The notes beneath the pieces were generated by a model, which searched no databases, was not told where the DNA came from, and saw nothing but the letters and a program-made list of their open reading frames with translations. Made by a program: the position numbers and the translations under genes. Source: a virus. From it: DNA of 64,000 bases. The DNA is taken from IMG/VR virus record IMGVR_UViG_3300005253_000186, positions 20,458 through 84,457 of that record; one strand, given 5' to 3'. Positions 53,810 through 63,635 of this stretch are shown piece by piece. The stretch's first letter is position 1. The number at the start of each line of letters is the position of its first letter.

Positions 53810-54445
53810 ATGCGCATGGACGAAATTCTTGCCCAATTGATGGGGGAGGATGAGACCGAAAAAAATGCCTCTGAGCAGGCCACTTCAGAAGACAGCGTGA
53901 TCGCAACGATTGCGTCGGCGCTGAGCGATGAAGAGGTTGCAGAGGTAGAGAAGATCGCGTCCAGTCTTGAGCAGGAGAAGCTTGCTGAAGATTACGTGAC
54001 GCTCGGTCGATTCCTGGCCCGTGGATTCCACGACGAGCTTGGCAAGATCGCTGGCAGCGAGAAGAATGCTGCGGGCGGAGCCGTCACGGGATTCGGTGGA
54101 ACAGCCGGCGGCCCTGATGGCATGAAGGGTATGACCGGAACGGCCTACACGTCTCCCGGCGCCCCGGGCAACAAAACGATCGCCGCGGGTGGCGACACGT
54201 CTCCGGGTGCAAATAGCGCCGAGCCTGGCCCCAAGGCACCGAATGCAGAAGGCCAGAGTTACACGACGCCACAGGACGGCTCGAACGTCCTCGCCAAGAT
54301 CAAGGCGACGGTCGATCAGGTTCACCAGCCAATGAGCGCCACCAAAAAGCAGGATGCAATGGGCATGCTGCACAAGATCGTGGATGCGGCGAAGCAACAG
54401 AAGCGCAAGCAGCATCCAGCAGAGGTCCCAAGCAACCTGACGTAG
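53810..54445 (+). CDS. scaffold-like / internal head protein
   Basis: acidic; EKNA, EKIA, EKLA; GRFLARGFHDELGKIA. Confidence 0.6.
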   Translation: MRMDEILAQLMGEDETEKNASEQATSEDSVIATIASALSDEEVAEVEKIASSLEQEKLAEDYVTLGRFLARGFHDELGKIAGSEKNAAGGAVTGFGGTAGGPDGMKGMTGTAYTSPGAPGNKTIAAGGDTSPGANSAEPGPKAPNAEGQSYTTPQDGSNVLAKIKATVDQVHQPMSATKKQDAMGMLHKIVDAAKQQKRKQHPAEVPSNLT

Positions 54446-54481
54446 TCGAGATTCAATCAGGTTCCAAATAGGAGACTAAAG

Positions 54482-54895
54482 ATGAGCCTGCAAGACATTT
54501 ACAACGCTACCTACGCGGGTGGCGAAAGCGCAAGCGGAGAGTCCGAGAAGACCGCCGACGACAAAGCGGTTGAAGAGGCTCTTGCCAAGTTCGACGAAGA
54601 CCAGTGCGCCAAGTTGGCGGCGACCGCCACCTTGATGGACACCTTCGGCATGGAGTTTAAGTCTGGCGCCGAGAAAATCGCTGCTGCCTGCAACCTCATC
54701 GATCACCTCTCAGAGGACGATGGTGAGACGGCAACGTCTGAGAAGACGGCAAGCGACGACGAGGCCCAGGCGAAAGAACTGGACGCCGCTGGCCGCATCA
54801 TGGCCCAGGGGTTCATGGCCGAGCTCGACGATGCAGAGAAGACTGCGTCTGAAAAGCCGCCTGCCGGTTCGTTCGCGACGATCTTAGGCTCGTAG
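54482..54895 (+). CDS. scaffold-like acidic protein
   Basis: EKTA x3, EKIA; GRIMAQGFMAEL. Confidence 0.6.
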   Translation: MSLQDIYNATYAGGESASGESEKTADDKAVEEALAKFDEDQCAKLAATATLMDTFGMEFKSGAEKIAAACNLIDHLSEDDGETATSEKTASDDEAQAKELDAAGRIMAQGFMAELDDAEKTASEKPPAGSFATILGS

Positions 54896-54906
54896 TTCCT
54901 GGAATC

Positions 54907-54940
54907 CGGGGAGGTGGAGTCCAAGCTCCGCCTCCCCGGG
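54907..54940 (+). terminator. stem-loop
   Basis: CCGGGGAGGTGGAG...CTCCGCCTCCCCGG. Confidence 0.5.
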
Positions 54941-54954
54941 ACGAGGAAGAAAAG

Positions 54955-55239
54955 ATGGCTATAGCGAAACTCAAAAAAGCGATTCCCTACGCAGCAGCAG
55001 TCCTCGGCGGCGCAGGGCTTGGCGGCGCCCTCGGTTACGGAAAGGGCAAGAAGAGTGGAACTAAGAGGGGACGTGAACAGGGCGCCATTGCTGCTGCTCG
55101 CCATTTTCGTAGAGGGGCGAACATCAGAAATAGGGCCTTGCAGGTATTTTCGGTTCGGAACCAGCAACTCTCCAGGCAGAACCGAGCGCTGAGGAACCGA
55201 ATCGGTGAGTTGGCCTCGGAAAGGAAACGGGCGACATGA
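54955..55239 (+). CDS. basic Gly-zipper virion protein
   Basis: AAAVLGGAGLGGALG. Confidence 0.6.
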   Translation: MAIAKLKKAIPYAAAVLGGAGLGGALGYGKGKKSGTKRGREQGAIAAARHFRRGANIRNRALQVFSVRNQQLSRQNRALRNRIGELASERKRAT

Positions 55240-55631
55240 TCAGCAAAGTCCCAACAGTTGAGCAACTTGTCCAGGCCGCAATCGGCGATGCTGACTCGTT
55301 CGAGGTTGGCGAACCGCCAGTCGAGAAAATCGCGTCTACCAAAGCGGCGGGGAACGATGACGGCCTCGATCTGTTTGAGAAGACGGCCAGAGAACTTGAG
55401 TCCTGGGCCGATCAGGCTGAGTCCAATCAAGAAGAATTCGAGAAAGTAGCTTCTGCGAAAAAGGAGCAGGACACACACGACGCCATCTTGAAGTTGGCGA
55501 TGGCGAGCACAGTGCTGCACACTCTCCACGAATTGGATGAACATGGCCAGCTAGGTCGGCTCGTGGAGAAAAATGAATGTTCGAATCAGCTAACTGGCCG
55601 TGAGCGCGTACTGCAACTTCTGGGGCAGTAG
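55236..55631 (+). CDS. acidic head protein with KxA sites
   Basis: EKIA, EKTA, EKVA, LKLA. Confidence 0.6.
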   Translation: MISKVPTVEQLVQAAIGDADSFEVGEPPVEKIASTKAAGNDDGLDLFEKTARELESWADQAESNQEEFEKVASAKKEQDTHDAILKLAMASTVLHTLHELDEHGQLGRLVEKNECSNQLTGRERVLQLLGQ

Positions 55632-55653
55632 CCGGCTAAGGAGATCGATTACG

Positions 55654-56037
55654 ATGAGCGATAAAAATAACATGGGTCCCGAGCTCGCCAGAAAGGTCTC
55701 AACTTGTTTGCGGAAATACGCTGATCTCCAGTCGGAGAACAAGCGTCTTACAGACAACCAGGAAAAGCTCGCTGGTGAGCGAGACAACGCAAGAAAGGAG
55801 GTAGAGGCGTGCATAGCGGTCCTTGATGGGATTCGGGACGGCGTCATTGACCCGGAGGACTATGAGGAGAAGGTGGCGGAACTCAAAGACCTGCCGGGCT
55901 CCTCCGTTAAGACGGCGTCTCCAACTGGACAGACGCCCGTGGTACATGCTGGAATCGGCAAGGTCCATACCAAGTTGGCTTCGAGCGAAGCCGGGGAACT
56001 GGACCCGCTTTCAGCGTTTCTACTTGGTGCTGAATAG
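55654..56037 (+). CDS. scaffolding-like coiled-coil protein
   Basis: AAGGAG RBS; C-terminal DPLSAFLLG; precedes decoration and capsid genes. Confidence 0.6.
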   Translation: MSDKNNMGPELARKVSTCLRKYADLQSENKRLTDNQEKLAGERDNARKEVEACIAVLDGIRDGVIDPEDYEEKVAELKDLPGSSVKTASPTGQTPVVHAGIGKVHTKLASSEAGELDPLSAFLLGAE

Positions 56038-56071
56038 CCGGAACGGCCGGCTGAGATAAAGGAGAATCATC

Positions 56072-56524
56072 ATGGCAAGCAGCGGAGCTCTCTTCTTGAA
56101 GACGAAGCTAGAGGGTCTCGTCCGCCTGAACCTGCCGGTCGCTGCCGGCGAAAGCATTGTTGAGGGTGAGTGGTTTACCCGCAATGCAGGTGGTGAGGCG
56201 GTCAAGACGACTGGTCCTGTGAACATCGCGTATGTGACGTTTGCTGGAACGGATCGTCCGGACTCTCGCAACACGCAGGACGACCCGATTGAGGGTCTCG
56301 GCTCTCCAGTCGAGATCTCGACCGGTGGCGTCACGGGCCTCCAGGGCGACTATCGGGCCGACGTAAGCAACGTTGGCTTCGATGACGGCCAATCCTACAC
56401 CCAGGACGATGCTCTGATGGTGACGAGCGGCAAGCTCACGCCACAGACTTCAACCAACCCGACCAAGGCTTTTGTGGAAATTGCCGTCGGGGCAGACAAC
56501 CGACTTCACTTCACCACGGCTTAG
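56072..56524 (+). CDS. head decoration / minor capsid protein
   Basis: 150-aa beta-rich protein immediately upstream of MCP. Confidence 0.6.
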   Translation: MASSGALFLKTKLEGLVRLNLPVAAGESIVEGEWFTRNAGGEAVKTTGPVNIAYVTFAGTDRPDSRNTQDDPIEGLGSPVEISTGGVTGLQGDYRADVSNVGFDDGQSYTQDDALMVTSGKLTPQTSTNPTKAFVEIAVGADNRLHFTTA

Positions 56525-56559
56525 GTCGAGGCTGAAACCAGTCAGGAAGGAGAACAGTA

Positions 56560-57468
56560 ATGTCAGATGGTGCAAATGCGATGGCTGCGAACGCCTCGAC
56601 GATTAACGCACTGTTCGGTGAAGCACTGAACGATCCCAGTGAGATCGTCAAGCTTGCCGCAGCAGGTGGTGCGTTCATTCGTGCCCGGCTCCGTGAGTTG
56701 TCGTTCCTGCGGAAGATCATCCCGCCTGTGATGGTCACCAAGCAAGACACTCAGCGCTCGACGCTGCATGACGGTCTGGTCAAGATCGTGGACATTGAGC
56801 CTGAGTCGAAGGCCATGCCCATCACGTGGCGCGGCGAGCCGGATGCCAGGTATGTTACTGGTCCTCGGTATCAAGTGAACTTCTTCAGTATTTCCAGTGA
56901 GAAGTTCGAGAAGACGGAGCAGGAGCTCCTGTCCTACGAGTCTCCGATCACGAAGATCATTGAGGAGAACTCGGTCAAGGACATTCAAGAGGAAGAGGAT
57001 CGCACCTTCCTCGCGCACGTCGATGCCGCAATTGGCATCTCGGGCAACAGCTCCGGCGTGACCGATACGCGGGTTACCCGGAACGCGCTCACCCAGCTCA
57101 TCAAGATCATCACGGGCAAAAAGCTCAAGGTTGATCTGTTCCTGATGACGCAGGAAGACTTCGCGGACGTGCTGGCCTTCGAGGCCACGGACGTTGGTGA
57201 TCGTGTCGCGTCCGAGATCACGGTCGACGGCTACAAGTACAATACCCTCCTGGGGTACAAGCTTGTGACCACGATCAAGAACGACATTGTTCTTCCCAAG
57301 AACCTCTACGGGTTCGCGGCGCCGCAGTTCCTCGGGAACTTCTTCATTTTGAATCAGACGAAGTTCTGGATCAACAAGCGTGCGAATCTGGTCGAGTGGC
57401 AGAGCTGGGAAGACATTGCTGTTGGCATCGCCAACGTCAATGGCGTGGCAAGGATCACTTTGTCGTAG
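56560..57468 (+). CDS. major capsid protein
   Basis: 302 aa, strong RBS, strongly biased codons, RLRELSFLRKIIPP, C-terminal WEDIAVGIANVNGVARI; followed by terminator. Confidence 0.8.
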   Translation: MSDGANAMAANASTINALFGEALNDPSEIVKLAAAGGAFIRARLRELSFLRKIIPPVMVTKQDTQRSTLHDGLVKIVDIEPESKAMPITWRGEPDARYVTGPRYQVNFFSISSEKFEKTEQELLSYESPITKIIEENSVKDIQEEEDRTFLAHVDAAIGISGNSSGVTDTRVTRNALTQLIKIITGKKLKVDLFLMTQEDFADVLAFEATDVGDRVASEITVDGYKYNTLLGYKLVTTIKNDIVLPKNLYGFAAPQFLGNFFILNQTKFWINKRANLVEWQSWEDIAVGIANVNGVARITLS

Positions 57469-57510
57469 TTCACCACGGTGCCACGCGGTCCCCCACGCGG
57501 ATAGGCGCCG

Positions 57511-57549
57511 GGATGGTGGGGAGGGGAGTAAAATCCTTCCCCACCTTCC
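57511..57549 (+). terminator. hairpin after MCP
   Basis: GGTGGGGAGGG...TCCTTCCCCACC. Confidence 0.55.
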
Positions 57550-57626
57550 GAACTACACGCGACTTCTGGCAATCGGGGTCTCCCGACGGTCGCTTGTAGT
57601 CCACCACGGGAAGGAGGCGAAGAAGA

Positions 57627-58316
57627 ATGGCGATTAGCGGAAGCAGGGTCAGGGTCACGAATATTTCCGATGAGCATATCGGACTATCCCGTCCATCATC
57701 AGCCTTCCTGAGAAGGAAGGGGTATAAGCCAGCCAATTTGACCTGGGCAACATTCCCGGCGGAATGGGTTGATGATGCGATGCGCGCCCTTGAAGTCCAG
57801 GGCAGGATCTTAATTCACAACCTAGATGAGAAGGGAAGGGTCGTCCGCGAGGAGAAGCCTCAGGCAGACCCGGAAGGGGACCAGGACAAGGCCCCGGAAG
57901 ACACCGTCGTTGCACTCAAGGAAAGCGAAGACGACGAGCCCGGCGACGACAATCCTGATGGGTCCGAGGTTATTGTCGAAGACGAGGCTCCGAAAGTTTC
58001 CGACAGCGCGGTCGTCAATCTAACGCCTGAGCCGAAAGATGCGACCGTCCCCACGGTATCGTCCGGTCTTGACGGCGATCCGGTGAGCGAGAATATCCCA
58101 GACGGGTCGGACGGCGACCTCCCTCCCGCAGATACAGAAAAAAGTAGCCCTGAAGACGGCGATGACGAAGCGGTAAAATACACAAAGAGCGCCCTCAGGA
58201 AGATGAACCTGCGCGGACTCCGAGAAGTCCTGGAGGACCGCGAGATCAACATCGACAGCACACGCAAGGACCCGATCATCGAGGCCATTCTGGATCACCA
58301 GAACCTGGGAGCATAG
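57627..58316 (+). CDS. acidic protein with C-terminal Rho-N/HeH-like domain
   Basis: LRKMNLRGLREVLEDREI...RKDPIIEAIL. Confidence 0.65.
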   Translation: MAISGSRVRVTNISDEHIGLSRPSSAFLRRKGYKPANLTWATFPAEWVDDAMRALEVQGRILIHNLDEKGRVVREEKPQADPEGDQDKAPEDTVVALKESEDDEPGDDNPDGSEVIVEDEAPKVSDSAVVNLTPEPKDATVPTVSSGLDGDPVSENIPDGSDGDLPPADTEKSSPEDGDDEAVKYTKSALRKMNLRGLREVLEDREINIDSTRKDPIIEAILDHQNLGA

Positions 58317-58320
58317 GTAA

Positions 58321-58836
58321 ATGCCTATCCCGCAGGAAACAGTCGGGATCAAGATCGGAGATCCCGGTAAGAACGAGAAGAAGGGTGCCGTCCTGGTCAG
58401 GAGACTCCGGGCGTACATTCGAGATGATCCGGTCATCAATGAGTTAATCGAAGGCAAGGAATCCGGGGACGGACAACTCAAAGAGGCCATCCTGGATGCG
58501 ATCGAGGATTGGAACGACACGCAGCCGCCTCTGGCGCGGATCAATATCCTGACCCATCCTTCGGATCGGCTCCTGATCCGCGGCGCCGCTATCGAGGTCC
58601 TGCACTCGGCAGGAATCTTGCAGTCCAGGAACCGGCTGGACTACAATGATGGCGGCATCGTTGTGCGGGACAAGGACAAGGCCCCGGACTACCAGGCCTG
58701 GATCAGCCATCTGGTCCGGGACTACGAGACCAAGAAGATCAACCTGAAGAAGAGCCTGAACATTTCGCTCGGATTCGGGTCAGTCCCGTCTGAGTACAGC
58801 GGGAATAACAGGAACGACGACGACAATTTCTTCTAG
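58321..58836 (+). CDS. head-tail adaptor / neck protein
   Basis: position after MCP; helical; LDYNDGGI. Confidence 0.6.
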   Translation: MPIPQETVGIKIGDPGKNEKKGAVLVRRLRAYIRDDPVINELIEGKESGDGQLKEAILDAIEDWNDTQPPLARINILTHPSDRLLIRGAAIEVLHSAGILQSRNRLDYNDGGIVVRDKDKAPDYQAWISHLVRDYETKKINLKKSLNISLGFGSVPSEYSGNNRNDDDNFF

Positions 58837-58845
58837 GAGAGATCC

Positions 58846-59115
58846 ATGAATCTGATTGAGAAACTCGCAGCGAAAAATGGTCCAGATAAGAAACTCAGCA
58901 CATACATCCGCGGCGCGCACACCGGTGTGAGTGGCGCTTATGGAGCGGCAGGCGGAGGTTTTATCGGGCATTTACTCGGCAAAGGCGCGAAAACCAAGGC
59001 CGGTCGAATCGCGGCGACAGCGGCTGGAGTCCTGGGCGGCGGTGCTGCTGGAGTAGGTCTGGCAAAATCTCACCGCCGCATTGGGCGAGCTCTATACGAG
59101 AAGCCAGGTAAGTAA
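58846..59115 (+). CDS. IEKLA-leader Gly-zipper protein
   Basis: MNLIEKLA. Confidence 0.7.
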   Translation: MNLIEKLAAKNGPDKKLSTYIRGAHTGVSGAYGAAGGGFIGHLLGKGAKTKAGRIAATAAGVLGGGAAGVGLAKSHRRIGRALYEKPGK

Positions 59116-59118
59116 CAA

Positions 59119-59916
59119 ATGGTTGCGACGGGACTACTAGAATTCGAACAGATCACGGTCAAGACGGTATCGCTTGACTTCCTGCTGGTTGAGTGGGTCG
59201 TTAAGCCGACGAACCGTCCGATCGACGACTTCGATTTCGTGGTCCTCAGAAGCCAATCTCCCAAGGGCCCATTCTCTGTGGTGTCGGAGGAGCTGGAGTC
59301 TATTTTCGCCTTTGCAGATGTTCATGCATCTCAGAAGGCAAGATGGCGCCAATGGCACTACAAAGTCCGGGTTATCGAACGGGACACGGAGAAGTTTTCC
59401 GAGTCCGAGATTGTTACAAACAGCGAAAAGCCGGACCGGATCGCTCTTGCGATCATCCGGAGAAACAATCTGCTTCTGAGGGTCAAAAACGGGATCGACG
59501 CCTTCGCCTTCATTGAGCGGACATTTGGGCAGAAGTGCACCTGCATGGACCCGGTGAAGTCAAGGAAGCGCCGCAGTGACTGTCCAATCTGTCTGGGAAC
59601 AACATTCGTCGGCGGGTTCCTCGACCCGATTCAGATCAAGATCAATGTTAGCCCGTCCCCGAAAGTCAGCCAGTTCGCAAACATGGGAGAGCTCCAGCCG
59701 AATCAGACGGCCGCATGGATGAGCAACTTCCCGGAGATCAAGCAGCGCGACGTGATCGTAGAGGCCGTCGCGAACGGAACCCGGTGGCGCGTGACCAGGA
59801 TGACCCCGACGAGGAAGAACAGGGCCCTGGTCCACCAGAACCTACTCCTGACCGAAATCAACCGGTCGGACATTGAATGGAAACTTGAGCTGCCAACTCT
59901 GGAGAAAGCATCATGA
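59119..59916 (+). CDS. head closure / neck protein with Zn finger
   Basis: GQKCTC...CPICLGTTFVGGF...RDVIVE...RWRV. Confidence 0.65.
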   Translation: MVATGLLEFEQITVKTVSLDFLLVEWVVKPTNRPIDDFDFVVLRSQSPKGPFSVVSEELESIFAFADVHASQKARWRQWHYKVRVIERDTEKFSESEIVTNSEKPDRIALAIIRRNNLLLRVKNGIDAFAFIERTFGQKCTCMDPVKSRKRRSDCPICLGTTFVGGFLDPIQIKINVSPSPKVSQFANMGELQPNQTAAWMSNFPEIKQRDVIVEAVANGTRWRVTRMTPTRKNRALVHQNLLLTEINRSDIEWKLELPTLEKAS

Positions 59917-60062
59917 AACTTATCGAAAAGATTGCCGCGGGACCCTATATGCACAAGGGCAAAGGCAAGGGAAAGTCGATGATCAAAGCCTACATGGGCA
60001 AGAAGATGGGCAAAGACTACAAGCACAAGATGAAAATGGGCAAGGGCGGGATGACCTACTAA
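59913..60062 (+). CDS. IEKIA-leader basic miniprotein (49 aa, absent from ORF track)
   Basis: MKLIEKIAAGPYMHKGKGKGK...; ATGA/TAATG coupling. Confidence 0.65.
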   Translation: MKLIEKIAAGPYMHKGKGKGKSMIKAYMGKKMGKDYKHKMKMGKGGMTY

Positions 60063-60397
60063 TGAAAACGATCGAGAAACTCGCCGTCCGCGGTGGACCG
60101 AAGCATCTCTTCGGGATGTGGAAGCGCGTCTTCAAGCCCAAGTTTAGAGTCCAGAGGACCACGGCTGCGACCGGAAAGCCGTTAGAGTCGTACATGGCAA
60201 CAGGAGTGACCGAGTCCAAAAGAAGAGCGGCCCAGAAGGCCCTTAAGGCTACCGCAAGACAAGCCAAAAGAGGAGCGAAAGCGGTTGGCAAGGCATTCCC
60301 CGCTGAAGCCATACCGGCAGCAGCCATCGGTGCCGCTGGACTTGGCGCTGGGTATGCACTCAGCAGGCGTCGCGGGAAGAAAAAAGAGCAGAAGTAG
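60062..60397 (+). CDS. IEKLA-leader Gly-zipper protein
   Basis: MKTIEKLA; AAIGAAGLGAG. Confidence 0.7.
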   Translation: MKTIEKLAVRGGPKHLFGMWKRVFKPKFRVQRTTAATGKPLESYMATGVTESKRRAAQKALKATARQAKRGAKAVGKAFPAEAIPAAAIGAAGLGAGYALSRRRGKKKEQK

Positions 60398-60643
60398 ATG
60401 ATGCTGATCGAGAAGCTCGCTGTAGGCAACCCGCAGGTCCCGAGTAAGAGAGACAAGAAGCAGAGGATTGCGCGGCGCTGGCTCACTCGCGGTGAGGATA
60501 AAGATAAGGACGTTGCCCCGGACGGACGAAGCAAGAGGCAATTCGAAGGCAAGGGTGGCGGATTCGGCGAGAGCATGGGCGAGAACACTGGCGGAATAAC
60601 ATTTTCCGGCCAGGGCGAAGGATACCGAAGGTCAGTGATGTGA
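60398..60643 (+). CDS. IEKLA-leader basic protein
   Basis: MMLIEKLA. Confidence 0.7.
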   Translation: MMLIEKLAVGNPQVPSKRDKKQRIARRWLTRGEDKDKDVAPDGRSKRQFEGKGGGFGESMGENTGGITFSGQGEGYRRSVM

Positions 60644-61026
60644 GAAAGAAGGCCTTCTACAATGAAGATGCGGCCCCGAAGGCAGACACGAAAAGCGGAT
60701 ACGGGATCTATGATCACTCTGGATTGAATCCAGGGAAAGTCCCCCTTCCGGCGACGAACGAAGAGGCAAGCACGGCATCTGCGGTCGGCAAGAAGAAGCC
60801 CAGAAAGGCGACGGATAAGATGAAAAAAGAAGCCTCTGACGGCCTGTCAAAAGGATTCTCCGAGGAGATGCAGAAGCTTGGCTTCGGAATGATGCGGGGC
60901 GTGGGCACTTCTCCAATGGCGGTACCGCCGGCGATGGGCAAAGGCGGCGTAGTGGCCTCCAAGAGCAAGAAGGGTATGGGTCCGAAGATCAAGATTGTCT
61001 CGTCCAAGTCGAGAAAGACGTACTGA
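60640..61026 (+). CDS. basic virion protein
   Basis: GFSEEMQKLG motif. Confidence 0.6.
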   Translation: MRKKAFYNEDAAPKADTKSGYGIYDHSGLNPGKVPLPATNEEASTASAVGKKKPRKATDKMKKEASDGLSKGFSEEMQKLGFGMMRGVGTSPMAVPPAMGKGGVVASKSKKGMGPKIKIVSSKSRKTY

Positions 61027-61490
61027 TGATGGTGATTGAGAAGCTAGCCGAAGCCTCGATGCACGCCCAATCATTCCTGGCCCACAACCCAGGGACGGAT
61101 GCGCATGGTCAATACGGCGTTGGCGGAGTTGTTAAAGGGCCGGTCAACGCCGTCATCGGAGAGAGAGGGCCGGAAGTAGTCGTACCGCTCAAGAAGAAGT
61201 TCATGAACAAGAAAGTCAAGGATATGGTACGATACTTCAAGGGCCAGGAACTCAAGAAGCAGGCCGTCAAGAAGAGGATGAAGATCGGAAAGATTGCCAA
61301 GAAGCCTCATCAGCACGGCGGATACGAGGAAAAGAAGGACGGGACACTGGTTCCCAACAGCGACCTTGGCAGCAGGCAAGCAACATCCGATGCAGCTCTA
61401 CATGGATCCCAGATGGGAAGCCTGTTCTCAAGCGGGTGGCTACAGAGCCAATCCGTCAGGAGTGGTGGTCAACCGAATCTTCGAGGGTAA
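61026..61490 (+). CDS. IEKLA-leader protein
   Basis: MMVIEKLA; GGVVKGP..AVIGERGPEVVVPL (motif seen in tape-measure-like proteins). Confidence 0.7.
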   Translation: MMVIEKLAEASMHAQSFLAHNPGTDAHGQYGVGGVVKGPVNAVIGERGPEVVVPLKKKFMNKKVKDMVRYFKGQELKKQAVKKRMKIGKIAKKPHQHGGYEEKKDGTLVPNSDLGSRQATSDAALHGSQMGSLFSSGWLQSQSVRSGGQPNLRG

Positions 61491-61496
61491 AGCAGC

Positions 61497-61856
61497 ATGC
61501 CAACGCTAATCGAGAAGATTGCCCAGTACGGCTCCGTCGAGGTAAAAGCCCGCCGGGCTCGGGCAGTTCGGGAAATCGTACAGGGCGCGACGACCGGGAC
61601 GTTCCTGGGCGGAGTATTCGGAAGGAGCACAAAGGCCGCCCTTATTGGATCGGGACTGGGAGCGCTGTATGGTGCCGCATCCGAGGTGATGACAAGGTCT
61701 GTCGAAGATGAGCAGAAGCGCCAGATTTCCAAATGGCAAGGGCGCTCCGACCCAAAGAGGAGTAGGATAAAGCCGTTCAAAGACGCAGAGTTCGGAAGCT
61801 CTGTTAGGGGGCATGCACGAGCCAAGGCCATGAAGATCATGAGGAGCACGGCATGA
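61497..61856 (+). CDS. IEKIA-leader Gly-zipper protein
   Basis: MPTLIEKIA; GTFLGGVFG...GSGLGALYG. Confidence 0.7.
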   Translation: MPTLIEKIAQYGSVEVKARRARAVREIVQGATTGTFLGGVFGRSTKAALIGSGLGALYGAASEVMTRSVEDEQKRQISKWQGRSDPKRSRIKPFKDAEFGSSVRGHARAKAMKIMRSTA

Positions 61857-62059
61857 GCAGAGAAGATAGACCAGATCGCAAGATGGACATTCGCGAGTAC
61901 AAGGAATACTGCAAGGGCAAGCACGGGGAGAAGTCTGTCAACGATAGCCTCCTGAAGAACATAAACCGGGCGACAGGCGGAAGAACTCTGAGTCGGTCTG
62001 AGTTCGACAAGGTCCATGCGAAGATCAAGATTGGCCAAGAGCTCAAGAAGGAACAGTAG
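61853..62059 (+). CDS. small basic protein
   Basis: coupled ORF. Confidence 0.55.
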   Translation: MSREDRPDRKMDIREYKEYCKGKHGEKSVNDSLLKNINRATGGRTLSRSEFDKVHAKIKIGQELKKEQ

Positions 62060-62061
62060 TC

Positions 62062-62406
62062 ATGATGATGATCGAGAAGGTCGCGAAGCTTTCTAAGGAG
62101 GAGCTTGACGAGCTCAATGAGTATGACCGGAAGAACGTCCCGCACTTCAGAAGAATGGCTAGTAGGCCGCAAGCAGCCCTCGGGTCTCAGCGTGCCCAGG
62201 CAGCTCTTGGGGCAATGAGCGGCGGAACACTTGCGAATCTCCTCGCTCGCGGCAGCAAGTACACAAGAAAGTACAAGGGACTGGCAACCCTGGCCGGAGT
62301 GGTTGGAGGAGCCGCGGCGGCGGGCGGAGCCGGGATGATGGCCCAAAAAAGCAAGAGGGAAGCGGCCAAGATGTTTCCCTATGAGGGAAGGAAGGCGAAG
62401 AAGTAG
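62062..62406 (+). CDS. IEKVA-leader Gly-zipper protein
   Basis: MMMIEKVA; LAGVVGGAAAAGGAG. Confidence 0.7.
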   Translation: MMMIEKVAKLSKEELDELNEYDRKNVPHFRRMASRPQAALGSQRAQAALGAMSGGTLANLLARGSKYTRKYKGLATLAGVVGGAAAAGGAGMMAQKSKREAAKMFPYEGRKAKK

Positions 62407-62880
62407 ATGCTCCGGATCTTGGACATAAACCGCAATGATGGCGAGCCAGTTCCCTTCTGGGAGATGAGCCGCGTCAAAGAGGGCGTAATCTCCTCGATCA
62501 AGGAGGTTCTGTACTCCGGCGTCATGAAGCACCCGACCGGGATCCTGGCCAATAGCATCCAGGGGTATGTGACCGGGCAGTCAATTTACATCATCTCCGA
62601 GCAGCCCCACGCCGACGCGCAGGACAAGGGGATGGCGAGCCACGTGATGTGGGCCTTGCTTGGGAAGACGATCCCGATCAGGATCTTTGAAGGAGGACAG
62701 ACGCGAGTGATCTTCAGGAAGGCTACGCTTAAGAGCTTCTTGAATGGTGGATGGGTCCATCCCGGGATCACTGCCAAGGAGTTTGTTTCCCGCGGAGTCG
62801 GTGCGGCCATGACGGGAATGTCCGGAATGAACTGGACGCTCAGGTCGCCCATGGGAGTTCCTAGGACGGCGGCGGCATGA
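62407..62880 (+). CDS. virion morphogenesis / tail-completion-like protein
   Basis: TGILANSI...WVHPG motifs (HK97 gp10-like, unverified). Confidence 0.55.
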   Translation: MLRILDINRNDGEPVPFWEMSRVKEGVISSIKEVLYSGVMKHPTGILANSIQGYVTGQSIYIISEQPHADAQDKGMASHVMWALLGKTIPIRIFEGGQTRVIFRKATLKSFLNGGWVHPGITAKEFVSRGVGAAMTGMSGMNWTLRSPMGVPRTAAA

Positions 62881-63248
62881 ACGAGAACGTGATCATAGCG
62901 TTCAGGGACGAGATAGAGAAGACTGCTCAGGTTGGGGGGATCCGGGCCGCTGGTAGGCTCTGGAAGAGCGTCTTCACCGGAGCGAAAGGCCAGAAGGCTG
63001 GCCTGGGAAAAAGGATCGGGAGCGCCATCAAGGGAACAGCGGGGGCTGCGAGGCGCGACCTGAGGACGACTGGCCTCGGCAGAACAGGCAAGATTGCTCT
63101 GACCGGCGCAGCGCTGGTTGGGGCCCCAGCTTTGGCGGCAAGCCATCTGGCTGGTAAACAGACCGCGGCCCAGAAAGCTTACACGAGAAGGTTGACCGGA
63201 AGTTACAGGCCAGGCGCCGGCATGTTGGTGCCGCCGAGATCATACTAG
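62877..63248 (+). CDS. EKTA-leader basic Gly/Ala-rich protein
   Basis: AFRDEIEKTA. Confidence 0.65.
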   Translation: MNENVIIAFRDEIEKTAQVGGIRAAGRLWKSVFTGAKGQKAGLGKRIGSAIKGTAGAARRDLRTTGLGRTGKIALTGAALVGAPALAASHLAGKQTAAQKAYTRRLTGSYRPGAGMLVPPRSY

Positions 63249-63257
63249 GGGAACAAG

Positions 63258-63635
63258 ATGAACGTAATCCCGTACACGAAACCACTGGACAGGGACCTTC
63301 TTCTGAAGAAGTTGGCGGCGATCCAGGGGGGACCGGCCCATACGCCGGCAAACCCTCCCCAGGAAGACAAAGTACAGCCGGTTGGTGCGCTGGAGAACAC
63401 ATTCCCGCACAACACGCAGGTCCCAGCAGGATTCGGAGGGAAAGGCGAGACAAACATGCGCGGCGAGGGCAACCAACTCGCTGCGATCCCGAAGGATATT
63501 ACCGCAAAGGTCGGCCCACGGTCGGTCAAGGACACGAACAATCCGACGATCAAAAAGGTCGCCAGCGCAGGCATCGAAGATGCGCTCTTGGCCGGATTCG
63601 TCGATGAGTTCAACAAGATTGCGAGGAAAGAATAA
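63258..63635 (+). CDS. virion protein with KxA sites
   Basis: LLKKLA; KKVA; GFVDEFNKIA. Confidence 0.6.
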   Translation: MNVIPYTKPLDRDLLLKKLAAIQGGPAHTPANPPQEDKVQPVGALENTFPHNTQVPAGFGGKGETNMRGEGNQLAAIPKDITAKVGPRSVKDTNNPTIKKVASAGIEDALLAGFVDEFNKIARKE

